From Octopus sinensis (Eukaryota): 64,000 bases of DNA. The stretch is from positions 1,922,001 through 1,986,000 of the forward strand of contig NC_043003.1 in assembly GCF_006345805.1 (NCBI RefSeq). Reading direction: 5' to 3'. The translations under genes and the position numbers were made by a program. Under the pieces are notes generated by a model. The model had not been told where the DNA came from. It worked only from the letters and a program-made list of their open reading frames with translations, and made no database searches. Shown piece by piece: positions 1 to 13,032 of this stretch (positions within the stretch are counted from its first letter, which is position 1; the number at the start of each line of letters is the position of its first letter).

Positions 1-1
1 C

Positions 2-394
2 CCGGCACCTGGTCTATGTAGGGAAAATAATGTAATCTATAAATGTACCATATCCACGGAGAATAACAAATATTTTTACATGGCTGTACAATTAATTTTT
101 AGCTAGAGTTAGAAATCACATCTCGACTTTTAAATTACGTCATAAAGCTGGTACCACCACACTTTCAAACAAAATCTGGGAACTCAAAAATAATAATAAA
201 AATTATACCCTTAATTGGGAAATAGTTAGGAGAGCAATTCCGTATAAAAATAGTAGGGTTGGTTGTCAACTATGCTCCATGGAGACGTACGAAATTCTAA
301 AGCATAGTAAACATAGAAACTTATTGAAAACCATATCGAACTAGGTCAAGTTTGTGTCCACGCTAAATTGAAGACTTTAAAATATTTTAAATGA
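2..394 (+). pseudogene. Penelope-like element GIY-YIG endonuclease, C-terminal part, frameshifted
   Basis: Manual translation across frameshifts: PAPGLCRENNVIYKCTISTENNKYFY..GCT..RVRNHISTF..TTLSNKIWELK..YTLNWEIV..PY..CQLCSME. Same layout as the GIY-YIG ORF at 28399-28836. Confidence 0.8.
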
Positions 395-2065
395 TTGGAA
401 TATTCATAACTAGATAGATAGATATAACTTGATTTCTACTAGTATAGCACTGCTTTAAGTAGATAACTAAGAGTTCTCACATTACAGTTATCTTTATCTT
501 TTTCCTTATATCTGCATCAGTTTTTTGAGAACAGGGAAATGAATAGTACTTATTCGCTACTTAATTGAGGCTTTATTTAATTTCAAACTCACAATTTTTA
601 AATTCTAATTTTAAATCTTAATTGTAATATTTAATTTTAATTCCTAACTTAATCTAATTAAATAGCATAACTCTAATAAATTATAATTAGTTACTGTAGC
701 CCCATAATTCTATTTCATAATTAAATAAATAAGGCTATTCCCTCGGTGATAATATGATTATCTTCATTATGATAGACAATCCCCTAACACCTTGTAAATG
801 ATCTATAAGATTTGACCTGTAGTCAGTCAATGTATGAATAATAACGACAACTCCTTAAGACAATAAAATGAATAAATTAAATAAGTAAATTTTTATGACT
901 TTTTGATAAGATTATACTTAGATTTTCCTAATGTATTTTCTGGTGATTTTAGCATCTGACCCCTTAACCCTGACTGTGTTATCTCTTTAGATTCTCTTAA
1001 ACTCATAGCTGATTTCAACAGCAATAAATTAATGGTTTACTGGTCAAAGAATAATATTCTCCTCTAGTTCCTAGATGCCTGTTGATTAAAACCAGACTTA
1101 CAGTCTACTAACTCTTCTGTATAGCTAGAACCCTCTTTTTTTCTTTTTCTTTTTTTCCCTTCTTTCCCTATTTCTTTCTCTTTTCTCTTTTTCTTTTTCT
1201 TCTTCTTATTCTCTGTTTCCTTTTCTCTTCTCTTTTAGTCCCCCTCCCCCCCCCCCCTTTTTTGCTCCCTCCTCCATTATTTCTCTCTTTCTTCTATTCC
1301 TTTCTCTATCTTGGCCGATCTAGTAAGCCCTTCAGCCTTTAAGAGTTAAATAGCTACAGCCTCTTGTGAATAGCAGTAATGTGATTAATATGGCAAACAC
1401 CTAATCATATAACAAGGATTGATACCACCTCATTGTGTTCAACCATTGTAAAATTTATCGCCTGTAAATATGAAATTCATCTCCATTCTCTGGAAATTTA
1501 CATCTACACCATTGGAATCTGTGCATATATACAAAGGATTAATTCACCCTCTCTGTAATGCTAATAAGCAGGAATTGAGACCACCTCGTTGTAATTAACA
1601 ATGGATAAATTTGTCTTCTGTGAGTATATATCCCTCATCATATCTATGGAAATTCATATGGATTAGGTCACCTTCTCTGTGATGCTATCAAAACTTTTTA
1701 AAATTCTGTGATAAGACTGTACATCATCTTTAAAGAACTTTAATGAACTTTAGAAATCTGTTTAATTATCTACATTACTTCATGAGTATAGCCTCAAACA
1801 CTAGGATGTCTAGAGAACTTACATGTATTTTAGCTGATGAGTACGGGACTCGTTTATATGCTGTAATCTTTGCAACTTTTAATAAAACCTGTCCTTGTAT
1901 GAAACGATCGTACTAAAAACCTATCCATTCTTGTTGCTTCTTTCTCGCTTATAATCACCCCACATTACTGTATTGTTAAATCAGTATAGTTTTTTTGGTG
2001 CATCTAAGTTAGGTACCATATTCAAGTAAATTTTTTAAATTAACTTGAATCTTTATTGCTCTTTG
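395..2065 (+). mobile_element. Non-coding 3' region / pseudo-LTR of the Penelope-like element, ending in (TA)n
   Basis: Follows the GIY-YIG stop codon and contains a hammerhead at 1828-1918. Its end (1925-2050) resembles 13065-13195. Confidence 0.55.
1828..1918 (+). ncRNA. Type I hammerhead ribozyme with minimal palindromic stem III
   Basis: TTTTAG-CTGATGA-GTACGGGAC...GTCCTTGTAT-GAAA-CGATCG-TA-CTAAAA. Intact core, 6-bp stem I, imperfect stem II. Confidence 0.85.
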
Positions 2066-2197
2066 CATATATATATATATATATATATAAATAAACTATA
2101 TATATATATATATATATATAAATATATACATATATATATATAGATAATATAATATATATATATATACATATTATATAATATATACATATATATATAA

Positions 2198-2256
<59 letters not shown>

Positions 2257-2572
2257 ATATATATATTATACATATATATATAAAATATACATATATATAT
2301 AAATATATACATATATAGATATATATATATATATATATACAATATATATAAATATATACATAATATATAAATATATACATATATATATATATATATATAA
2401 ATATATACATATATATATATATAAATATATACATATATATATATATAATAAATATATACATATATATATATATATATATAAATATATACATATATATATA
2501 TATATATATAAATAAAATATATACATATATATAATATATATAAAATATACATATATATATATAAATATATAC

Positions 2573-2616
<44 letters not shown>
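2066..2616. repeat. (TA)n microsatellite with variant units
   Basis: Direct inspection. Confidence 0.95.
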
Positions 2617-2618
<2 letters not shown>

Positions 2619-2727
2619 AACCCATGCCAGCATGGAAAGCGGACATTAAACGATGATGATGATGGTGATATGTCTGACCCATAAAAACATGGAACATGAA
2701 ATTTAGATGATTATCATTATGATAATG

Positions 2728-2761
<34 letters not shown>

Positions 2762-3227
2762 TTGACAACTTAATGCTTGTCAAACCTTTCACAGCTTGAC
2801 AACTGGTGATGGTTTGTTTACATTCCTGTTAGCTAGCAGTTCAGCAAAAGCGACTGATAGAATAAGTACGCAGACTTAATAATTAAGTACAGTGGTCAAG
2901 TTGAGTAAAAGCCTGCAAAGCAGTGCCCCAGCATGGCCAAAACCCATAAAAGATACCACCTTTACAATAATTTAATAACACCAAAGCACCAGATGCACTG
3001 AACAACAACAACATTATCATAAACATATTTTTACAAGTGCAAGGTCATAACCCGGGGGTGGAGAGCAATTAAATGAACCCCCAGTACATGACTGGTACTT
3101 TAGTTTTCAATGCTAAAGTATGAAGGGTAAATTTGAACTCAGAACCTAAAATACCTAAAATTACTGCAAGGAATTTTCTCTGATATTTTAATTACTTGGT
3201 TAAGCTGCCATAATTAGTATTACAGTG

Positions 3228-3543
3228 TGGAGGGGCATGGCTTAGTGGTTAGAGTATTAGGCTCACGATTGTAAGGTTATGAGTTCGATTCCCAGTGGCA
3301 TGTTGTGTCCTTGGACAAGGCACTTTATTTCAACTCTCTCCAGTGCCCTCAGCTGGCATAAACAAGTAGTACCAGTATTTCAAAGGGCCAGCCTTGTCAC
3401 ACTCAACTTCCCAGAGAACTACGTTAAGGGTACACATGTCTGTGGAGTTCTCAGCCACTTGCATGTTAATTTCCCGAGCAGGCTCTTCCATTGATCAGAT
3501 CAACTGGAACCCTCATCGTTGTTGCAACTGATGGAATGCCAGC
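3228..3543 (+). mobile_element. tRNA-derived CORE-type SINE (other copies near 9090-9392 -, 36915-37200 +, 49300-49600 +, 50247-50626 +)
   Basis: A box TGGCTTAGTGG and B box GTTCGATTCC, followed by a CORE-like TGTGTCCTTGGACAAGGCACTTTA. Dispersed copies in the window. Confidence 0.8.
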
Positions 3544-4085
3544 TTCAATATTACACTGCCTCGTACATATATTTTAGTGTTTAGAGTAACCGCTTGTGTG
3601 TTGAGGGTGCTTCTGTTCTGCCCCTTCTTTGTTGAGTCGGATGCTGTGACACTGGGCCAGATGTTTCTACCATCCTCAGTGTTCATGCTGTACCATTTCC
3701 CCCTTCTCTTGAGTCGGGTTGCTTATTCAGTGGCATCTGGAAATATCTTTTCTCCTCTTTGCACCTAATCCAAGACTCCAGAGCATCGAGTGAACCCTGG
3801 TGGCAACAAATCTTTTATGATATCATCATCATCATCATTTAACGTTTGTTTTCCATGCTGTGATGGGTTGGATGGTTTGACAGGATCTGGCAAGCTGGAG
3901 TGCTGCACCAAGCCCTAATTGTCTGATTTGGCATGGCTTTTATTTGTTTTGGGCAGGATGCCCTTCCTAATGCCAACCACTTTACAGAGTGTACTGGGTG
4001 CTTTTTACGAGGCACCAGCCTGGTAGCTTTTTATGTGGCATCAGAACTATGACTATACAGAGTACAGTATTAAGCATAGATCTTA

Positions 4086-4528
4086 GTCTTTTCTACTCTA
4101 GGCACAAGGCCCAAAATTTTGGGGGAGGGGTCCAGTCGATTAGAGTGACCCCAGTATGCAACTGGTATTTAATTTACTGATCCTGAAAAGATGAAAGGCA
4201 AAGTTAACCTAGGCGGAATTTGAACTCAGAACATAAAGATAGATGAAACACCGCTAAGCATTTCGTCTGGCATGCCAACGTTTCTGCCAGCTGATCGCCT
4301 TAATAATGATAATCTTTCCTCCTCTAGGCACAAGGCCTGAAATTTTGGGGGAGGGGGCCTGTTGATTAGATCGACCCTAGTACGCAACTGGTACTTAATT
4401 TATCAACCCTGAAAGGATGAAAGGCAAAGTCGACCATGGCGAAATTTGAACTCAGAACGTAAAGACAGACGAAATACTGCTAAGCATTTCGCCCAGTGTG
4501 CTAATGTTTCTGCCAGCTCCTCGCCTCC
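4086..4528 (-). mobile_element. Head-to-tail pair of tRNA-derived SINEs with a Nin/Deu-like central domain
   Basis: Two copies of the GGCGAGCTGGCAGAAACGTTAGC..GAGTTCAAATTCCGCC..GTCGACTTTGCCTTTCATCCTTTC family, flanked by the direct repeat TTAAGCATAGATCTTA. Similar pairs at about 5630-6040, 8045-8485 and 25165-25580. Confidence 0.85.
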
Positions 4529-5194
4529 TTAAGCATAGATCTTATTGCAGTGCTTCTGAGCCTTCTCTGGATCAAGTTAAATCTTTTGCTTCTACAATAC
4601 AAAATAACTACAGCTTACTACCAAAAAAAAGAAAAAGCATTAATAATGCATAAAGAAATGGAAATGAATGCAGCTGGAATTAAGAAGTTACGGGTGAATA
4701 TAATGAAACATTTTTATTGTAAAATATAACAGTTGATGTTCAGGTCAAACAATAACTCATTTACAATCAAGTAATAAGTTTAGATAATGAATAGATTTGT
4801 ATTTAAATAGTTAAATTAGTTTTAAATGTTTTAATTCTCATTAGTCCCTTTTAACGTTCATTGAAATAAAATGCCTTCTTAGACTGTCCAGCAGCCGGAA
4901 AGATTCAGAAAATACACATTTAATTTAATTTGAGTAAAAATAAAAATATACCACAACCATCATTTTTATCTTAGCTTTTCAAATTTACCATATTTGATGG
5001 CATAAAAAGACACTATAGCATATGAAATACACCCCAATTTCAGCAGCCCATATTCAGGAAAAAAAGCATTTACTACATTAAAAGATGTAATATTTAAAGT
5101 AATTATTTCAAAGTCTGTTAACCAAAGCTGAAACTGATTACTTTGTCCAAAAAGTTAGCAGAAGAACTCAACAGAAAGCAAGACAGCTCTATAT

Positions 5195-5505
5195 TTAAGG
5201 GATGAGGAATTATGTACATTATTTACATTTGACGGATATTTGTCCTCATCTTGTTTGTTGTTGGGCATATGGTGTAATGCTTAAGACCGCGGGCTACTAA
5301 CCCCAAGATTCCGAGTTCGATTCCAAACAGTGACCTGAATAATGACAATAATGATGATAACACCGAAAAATACCTTAGGAACGAGAACCCAGGTTTGAAA
5401 TTTCCCCAAGACACCTGATGAAGGCTGGAGGGTATATCAGCCAAAATGTTGTATTGACAGCAAACAAGATGAGGACAAATATCCGTTGAATGTAAATAAT
5501 GTATA
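5195..5505 (+). mobile_element. tRNA-headed, hammerhead-containing SINE with an inverted copy of its 3' end upstream
   Basis: tRNA-like head from 5263 and degenerate hammerhead at 5410-5455. 5213-5262 is the reverse complement of about 5457-5503. Homologous to 55834-56117. Confidence 0.75.
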
Positions 5506-6851
5506 AAGCAAGACAGCAAATATATTCTACATGATTACAGCAATCAAAAAGGATCAACTGTTGTGAGCAAACATCACCGGTCCATTGTTATAAGAATTCC
5601 TTTTACTGTGCAAGTATTGTTGATGATAATAATGGTTTCAAATTTTGGCACAAGGCCAGAAATTTCAAGGGAGGAGTAAATTAATTAGATCGATCCCAGT
5701 ACGCAACTGGTACTTAGTTTATTGACACCGAAAAGACGAAAGGTAAAGTTGACCTCAGCAGAATTTGAACTCAGAATGTAAAGATGGATGAAAAACTGCT
5801 GAGCAGTTTTCCTGGCCTGCCAACAATTCTACCGGGTTGCCACCTTAATGATAATAATAATCCTTTCTATTATAGGCACAAGGCCTGGAATTTTTCAGGA
5901 GGGAGGTTAGTTGATACTTATCTTATTGGCTCCGAAAGAATGAAAGGCAAAGTCTACCTCGGCAGAATTTAAACATAAAGCCAAAAGAAAAGTCGGTAAG
6001 CATTTTGTCTGGTGAGCTGAGAATTATTCTACCAGCTCACACCCCCCTCCTTCATTAGGAACAATAACAATAATTTTTAACTAAATATTATTAAGGGGTC
6101 AGACTTGGTAGAAGGGACCATCTGGATTAAAATTAGTCTATAGTAGTGAGTGTCAGGGACAAAATAAGTTTTTGGGAGACCCACTTTCGCATATAAGACC
6201 CGGGGGTGATTTCTGAGACATTTTTATGAAAGAAAAAAAAAAGTGTCTTAAAAGCCATCATTTATGGTATATTGCACAAACACTGGATATTCAGCATCTC
6301 TTGAAGTCATGACGTATCACTCCTTCACTTTGCTCCGACATTCTATGGAATGGTTAAACCTTTCAAGAAACCGTTTCCACTGAGCTTTTTACCAATCTGT
6401 GAGAACAGGGAAGTGACCTCAGCTTCTAATTTTTCTTTCCTTTTATTCACCGTTGAAGAGATGCTTCATATTTTCCCTTCTTGATTGCAGTGTCAATCCA
6501 ATAATTCTTCACAAAATGTCAAATCTGCAAACAAAGAAAATACTCTAAATCTAACATATCAATGGCTGGTTGGGGTACTGTATTTCATTGTGCAACCATT
6601 GCACAGGGTGCGACAGAAGTAACGCCCTTTTATATTGAATCATGTTGTTTTCATGAAGCAATACTTAATAGATTTCTTAAAAACTTTGTAATTTTTTTTC
6701 CTTAGTTTATTATTTGTTTCTTTAATGCAATAAATTTGTGTTAAAGAAAAAATGATTTACTAAACATTTATATACAATAAAAGTTATTAAATGCAAAAAG
6801 AGCAACACTTCTGCTGCACCCTGAATACTATCAAGTACATTAAAGGCCGGC

Positions 6852-7555
6852 ATTCTTTCACCTGGACTTGAAGAATCATAAGAGAACTCGGTAGTTTCCG
6901 TGATCACGTGTTGTCTTGTCAAATATCAGTTGACGAAATGGGAAGAGAAAGCTAACGGGTTGTGCGTGCATGCTTGTTCTTTTGTGTGTGTGTGTACATT
7001 CCACAACACATCTTTATATATAAAAGTAAGGTTGTGTGTCTGTCCCCTTCGATTTAGATTCCTAACTACTCCCACATTTTGCGGTGCAGTTTAACCAAAA
7101 CCGGGTATCTTATAGTCGTGATTCATATTGAGCCCTTCTGGGTATTAGCGCGCGTCTACGATGAGTCTACGATTTAAAAAAAAATTTACCATCATTTTTT
7201 TCCATTTTAATGCATTTTTTCGCTATTATATAAGGGAAGTAACTCTCTAAAAATGTCTACGATGAGTCAACGATTTAAAAAAAAATTTACCATCATTTGT
7301 TTTCCATTTTTAATGCATTTTTTTGCTATAACTCTCTAAAAATGCTTATATAGTTATTTCCCTTACAAACCCGAGCAACGCCGGGCGATACTGCTAGTAT
7401 ATATATATAAAAAAGAACAGGCACACAAACACACACGCACAACCCGTTAGCTTTCTCTTCCCATTTCGTCAACTGATATTTGACAAGACAACACGTGATC
7501 ACGGAAACTACCGAGTTCTCTTGTTATGATTTCTCAAGTCAAGGCGAAAGAATAC
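6852..7555. repeat. Foldback element with ~115-bp inverted arms (6852-6968 and 7434-7555)
   Basis: GAGAACTCGGTAGTTTCCGTGATCACGTG...TGTGCGTG reappears as its reverse complement. Confidence 0.85.
7011..7397 (+). mobile_element. Non-autonomous Helitron
   Basis: 5' TC start, 3' GC-rich hairpin CCCGAGCAACGCCGGG followed by CTAG, inserted between A and T. Confidence 0.8.
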
Positions 7556-7793
7556 CCAAAGGTTTCTAAGTCAACACTCCTGAAACATGCAAATTACTTA
7601 TTTTTCTATCTTTGATCACATTGTTTATATAGACGTATTCCTATACGAAACGTAACTTTCAGTGCAGGCTCTAAATTTTATAGAAAATCTTAATGATTTA
7701 TGGTATTTCGTTATGCAACCATAAATTACATTAAATGTTTTTATAAGTCGACACCACATTCTACTGTGTTAGCAGTGTTCTTCTTTTTCATTA

Positions 7794-7962
7794 TTTTGTT
7801 AAAGTTATTTCAGTAGAAATTATAACCAGCACTGATTTTTTTTGCTGCAACGTTTCGTATCAAGACATCAGATGTTTGTTTACATCTGACGTCTTGATAT
7901 GAAATGTTGCAGCAAAAAAATTAGTGTCGGTTATAATTTCTGTTGAAATAACTTTTAACAAA
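7794..7962. repeat. Imperfect palindrome with ~80-bp arms (MITE-like)
   Basis: Arms centred on CAGATGT-TTGTTT-ACATCTG; mismatches are mostly transitions. Confidence 0.8.
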
Positions 7963-10434
7963 ACGATATGGAAAACCTGAAGAGATCATTTTAAAGGGTG
8001 TCTAAACAGTGTCAAAGCTATAAACAAAAGCACTCATAATCGTAATAATTTCAAATTTTGGCACAAGGCCAGCAATACCGAGTGCGGAGTTAAGTCACAT
8101 TGACCTCAGTGCTCATCTGGTCCTTATTTCATTGACCCCGAATGGATGAAAGACAAAATCGACCTCGGCGGAATTTGAACTCAGAATGTTGAGATGGACG
8201 AAATGCCACTTTGCAGTTTGTCTGGTATGCTAATGATCCTGCCAGCTCACTGCTTTAACAATCATAATGGTTTCAATTTTTTGTGCAAGGCCAGCATTTG
8301 GGGAAGGATTAATCAATTACACTGACCCCAGTACGTCACTGGTACTTTGATTTACCGACCCTGAAAGGATGAAAGGCAAAGTCAGCATGAGCGGGATTTG
8401 AGCTCAGAATATTAAAAAAAGCCGGATGAAATTCCATTCAGCATTTCGTCCGACACGCTAAGGGTTCTGTCAGCGTCTTGGCCTTCACAATCACAACAAA
8501 AGCCACATTGATTTCAGGAAATACTCACCGGCAGATTTCCTACAGTAGGCACAGGCATGGCTGTGTGGTAAGAAGTTTGTTTCCTAACCATGTGGTTCTA
8601 GGTTCAATCCCAATGCGTAGCATTTTGGGCCGGTGTCTTCGGGCCGACTAAAGCCTGTGAGTGGGTTTGATAGACGGAAACTGAAAGAAATAAGTGTGTG
8701 TGTGTCCACGGCTTGACAACCGGTACTGGTGTGTTTACATACCCCGTAACTTAGTGGTTCAGCAAAAGAAACCAATATAATAAGTACCAGATTTAAAAGA
8801 CAGCAAGTATGGGGATCGATTCATTTGACAAAAAATTGAAAAAGGTGTTGCCCCAGCATGGCCGCAGTCTAATGATTGAAACAAGTAAAAAAGATAGAAA
8901 AGAGAAAGGAAAGAAAACAGATCCAGAAAGGCAAGCAATGGAACAAATGAGCGATGGAATTAGTGGTTCCAGGAACACATTTCGTTTCGTTTTCGCATTT
9001 CAAAAGAGAGAGAATGAAAGATGAATTTCATTTAATTGTTTGGCATAAAAAAACATGGAATTACAAGAGACGTGTGAAGGTGAGTAAACTGGCAAACCAT
9101 TGGTTACAATGCCGTGGGCTCCAGTTGATTTGGCCAACGGAACATCCTACTCGTAGAATTAACATACAAGTGGCTGAGCATTCCACAGACACGCGTACTC
9201 TCAACGTAATTTTCAGGGAGATTCAGCATGACACAAGATGTGTCAAGGGTGGCCCTTTGAAATACAGGTACAACTCATTTTTTGCCAGCAGAGAAATAAA
9301 GTGTCTTGCTCAAGGACACAATGCGTGGCTGAGAATCGAACTCACAACCTTATGATCGTAGTCCTAATAATCTAACCACTAAACCACGCGAGGAGATATA
9401 GTCTGTGAATCTAACTGAACCATTAGTGGCCCCAGTGGCATGACATCACAGCTAAAGCAAAATTGTTCACCCTTAAAATATAACAGTGGATCCCCAATTT
9501 ACTGTTTTGCCTGTGTGGACCCTCAAAGAGCTTATATGGATCCCGGTTGAGAACTACTGGCTTATAAGGACAGAAGGGAATAGTGATAATAGAATGGGCA
9601 ACTCTTGTATAATGCTTTTTACAGCTCAAATTCTTGGCCACTCAGTGCAGGATTTGAACTCACAACTTTATGTTCATGAGCCAAAAGCTGTAACCACTAG
9701 GCTAAGTATCTTCCTGTTCGAAAAAAAAAATTGTAAATTATACTTGCCTTACTTGTTTTTTGAGCCCCAAAAGGTCAACTTTATATAATAGGGTCTTCAG
9801 CCATTCCACTTCCATCGGCTATGGGAGGAAAAAAATAATGATAAATAAAACGAAATGTAGATATCCGTTTCAGCAATAAGAACAACAGAAACCACATTTA
9901 CCATTGACTACGATACGATGGTGGTAGAATGGTAAATGTGTGTCAGATTGGTAGATATGTGGATGATTGGTAAACTTGTAGAAATGGTGGAGCGACAGAT
10001 AGAACACCCAGTGACAATTAGTTGTGTTGCTTTATATTTCGGTGTTCAAATCTCTGTAAGAGCCTTTCATCCTCCCGAGGCTCCATAAAATAAATTTTAT
10101 TGAATGTTGATGCTATCAATCTGTGTCCCAAATTGAGGGCGGTGCAATGGTATAAACAGAAGAAGGACAATCTAAATGGTAGTAGAATTTAGTAACACCT
10201 GGGGCCGTGGCGTACCTTTGAGTTTGCTATCTCCCTGCCAACTAGACAGGCTTATACAATATAAGTGGAAAAGTTTCACTGAACTTCTGTTTCACAGTAT
10301 CTATGTATTTGTTCGAAACATCCATATGTTTTTAGTTGAGGTTTTGTGGAAAACATTTCAAATTTGTCTGTATAAAGTATCGATATTTGCCCGACTGATG
10401 CAATGCCTTTCAAACAGAAACCAGTTTGTATACT

Positions 10435-10830
10435 CTCTTTTACCTGTTTCAGTCATTTGACTGCGGCCATGCTGGAGCACCGCCTTTAGTCGAGCAAATC
10501 GACCCCGGGACTTAGTCTTTGTAAGCCTAGTACTTATTCTATCGGTCTCCTTTGCCGAACCGCTAAGTGACGAGGACGTAAACACACCACCATCGGTTGT
10601 CAAGCAATGCTAGGGAGACAAACACAGACACACACACATACATATATATATATAAACATATATACGACAGGCTTCTTTCAGTTTCCGTCTACCAAATCCA
10701 CTCACAAGGCATTGGTCGGCCCGAGGCTACAGTAGAAGACACTTGCCCAAGGTACCACGCAGTGGGACTGAACCCGGAACCATGTAGTTGGTAAACAATC
10801 TACTTACCACACAGCCACTCCTACGCCTAT
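10435..10830 (-). mobile_element. Second tRNA-derived SINE family with an internal microsatellite (copies near 8547-8900, 20780-21210, 21858-22381, 24480-24865, 26775-26937, 33600-34135, 38400-38760, 49770-50110, 55075-55420)
   Basis: Head AGGAGTGGCTGTGTGGTAAG..GGGTTCAGTCCC, CORE-like CCTTGGGCAAGTGTCTT, tail CAGTCAAATGACTGAAACA. Many copies. Confidence 0.85.
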
Positions 10831-11051
10831 ATAGCATTTTAATTTGATGTTTGAGTAAAATAATTTCGTTAAGGATTTCAAAGGATTTCAAATCTATCTA
10901 TGTTATTTGGAACGTTTGATGTTTGCATAAAGGATTTTAAATTGATGTGTATATAATTAGTTTTACCTGTTAAACATATTAAACTTGTTACCTGTACAAA
11001 GTACAACGTTTGTGCAACCGTCCTTTTCAAATATCGTACTTTATGCAAGTA

Positions 11052-11656
11052 CAGGGTGTTCAAAAAGTCTCTCCGCAGTAAGTATTGCAAAATAAATACT
11101 TATAAGATGGTATAAAGCTACAAAAGAATATATTAGACTTTAAAAATACTTCATAAGAGGTGTTGAAAGTGTCTTGCTTCGTTTTCAATACATAAAATTT
11201 AATTTCTCTTTTACTGCCGTGTGAGCACTTCCTGGGCTGATTTCCGTTTCCTGTGACAATTTGCGTAAGGACTTTGACGGGCTTGCCAACAGTTTATCAG
11301 AAATATTGGAGAGGGTTTCGTCTGAAGGAACAGTAGGCTTACCGCTTCTTGCTGCCATCTTCCACTGAGCCTCCTGTGTCTCTAAATTTTCTTATCAAAT
11401 CCCCGCACAGAGTGTCCCGATGTGGAACAACAGGATTTGGAAAGGTTTCACTGAACTCTCTGTGTATTTGTTTCCGGCACGAAACACGCATTCAACTAAA
11501 AACGTAGTTCTTCAATGGTTAGCATGTCGACACGCTGAAGGGACACAATGACTGAGGGACAATGGCCAACACCCGGCCGCCCATGCAGTGAGAGCCAGGT
11601 TGCGCATGCGCAGGATGAAAAAAAATTCACTGCGGAGAGACTTTTTGAACAGCCTG
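11052..11656 (-). mobile_element. Internally deleted Tc1/mariner-superfamily element
   Basis: 28-bp TIRs CAGGGTGTTCAAAAAGTCTCTCCGCAGT with TA duplication on both sides. The minus strand shows a decayed transposase N-terminus (..FSETFPNPVVPHRDT..LIRKFRDTG..). Confidence 0.85.
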
Positions 11657-11944
11657 TACGAATTTAAAACACTTTAAAATAACACAAACATAAATTTAGA
11701 ATACTTTATACAAAAATCAGTGAAATTCTTCATACAATCGTCAATATAAAATAATTTAAACAAACATCTATTCCTGTTTAAAATATTGCACACAAACATC
11801 AATTTGAAATGCTTTTCATACCAACATCAGTTTAAAATATTTTATATTAACAGCAATTTCAAAGCATTGTAATCCGCCGAGGTCGACTTTGCCTTTCATC
11901 CTTTCGGTGTCGATAAATTAAGTACCAGTTGCGTACTGGGGTCT

Positions 11945-12675
11945 TTGGAATGAAGATAAGAGAATCAATGTCACATTTTAAACTTGAGAAAAGTCTTGCA
12001 CAGTTTTACTGTTCTGCTTACAGACTGTATTTGTAATATGCGAATCAGTTGGTTGATTTCTTTTCCTGAAAATCCAAGCTTATCCAGACGGACAGTTCGG
12101 CATTTACTCACAAAACCAAGTGTTCCTATTATTATTATTGGTATAAATGTAAAATTGTAATCCGGATGATATAAAAGCTTGAGGTTTCGAAGCAGTTTTC
12201 CATAGTTTTTTCTTCTTTCTCTTTGAAAATCAAAGAGACATTCACACATCAGCAAGACAGCTGACCTCTATGACGGTACATACATTTTCTTGTCTGTTCC
12301 AGACGACAATATTTGACCTGATATGCTTACACTCGACATGTTTTGATGAGAATGTTCCACCAGTATTCCTTCTGCTGGTATTTGCATACGTATTCAGTAA
12401 CAGAGCTTTTTTCAGTTATTATTCCAGGTCAATCATTTTCCCAAATGGTATTGTTTTTGCGACAATGTCATGTCGCATAGGGCCGTAGTACTTTGATGTC
12501 ATTTTTGGGCATCTGCAAATCACGTGTGTGATATCTTCCGTGGAAATATGACATAATCTACATTTTCGGTTGCATCTTAGGAGTCCAAGGGTTTCACTGT
12601 CTCTATTGTTGATTAGATATTTAGTAGCAATCTCCCGTTCTTGGACTGCAAACGCATAGCCTTCAACATGTAATG

Positions 12676-12676
<1 letters not shown>
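11945..12676 (-). mobile_element. R4/Dong-like non-LTR retrotransposon 3' fragment (zinc knuckle and restriction-like endonuclease)
   Basis: EGYAFAVQEREIATK..CRLCHISTEDITHVICRC..RHDIVAK; homologous to 14133-15000. Confidence 0.85.
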
Positions 12677-12722
<46 letters not shown>

Positions 12723-13032
12723 TCCTCCCCGCCCCCACTATCACTTGACAACCAACACAGCAGTTCGGCAGAAGAGACCGATAAAATAAGTACTAGGCTT
12801 ACAAAGAATAAGTTCTGGGTCAATTTGTTCGACTAAAGGCAGTGCTCCAACATGGCCGTAGTCAAATGACTGAAACAAATAAAAGTATATATATCGGCCT
12901 GCTTGCTTAACCAGCGGGGTGGCGTCATTTGAAGGCTAAAAAAACAATGCGAAGCGCATTGTGACCAGCGATGTGTAGCAACATCTGATAGCCTGGTCGG
13001 TCACGGTGATCACGGTGATATATATATATAAA

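Noticed and set aside
2040-2697. YI-rich ORFs (also at 25766-26332 and 34633-35175)
   Set aside because: Translations of (TA)n microsatellites.
6290-6540. Minus-strand splice acceptor TTTTCTTTGTTTGCAG near 6526
   Set aside because: All three frames stop within ~30 nt. It could be a terminal or non-coding exon but cannot be supported.
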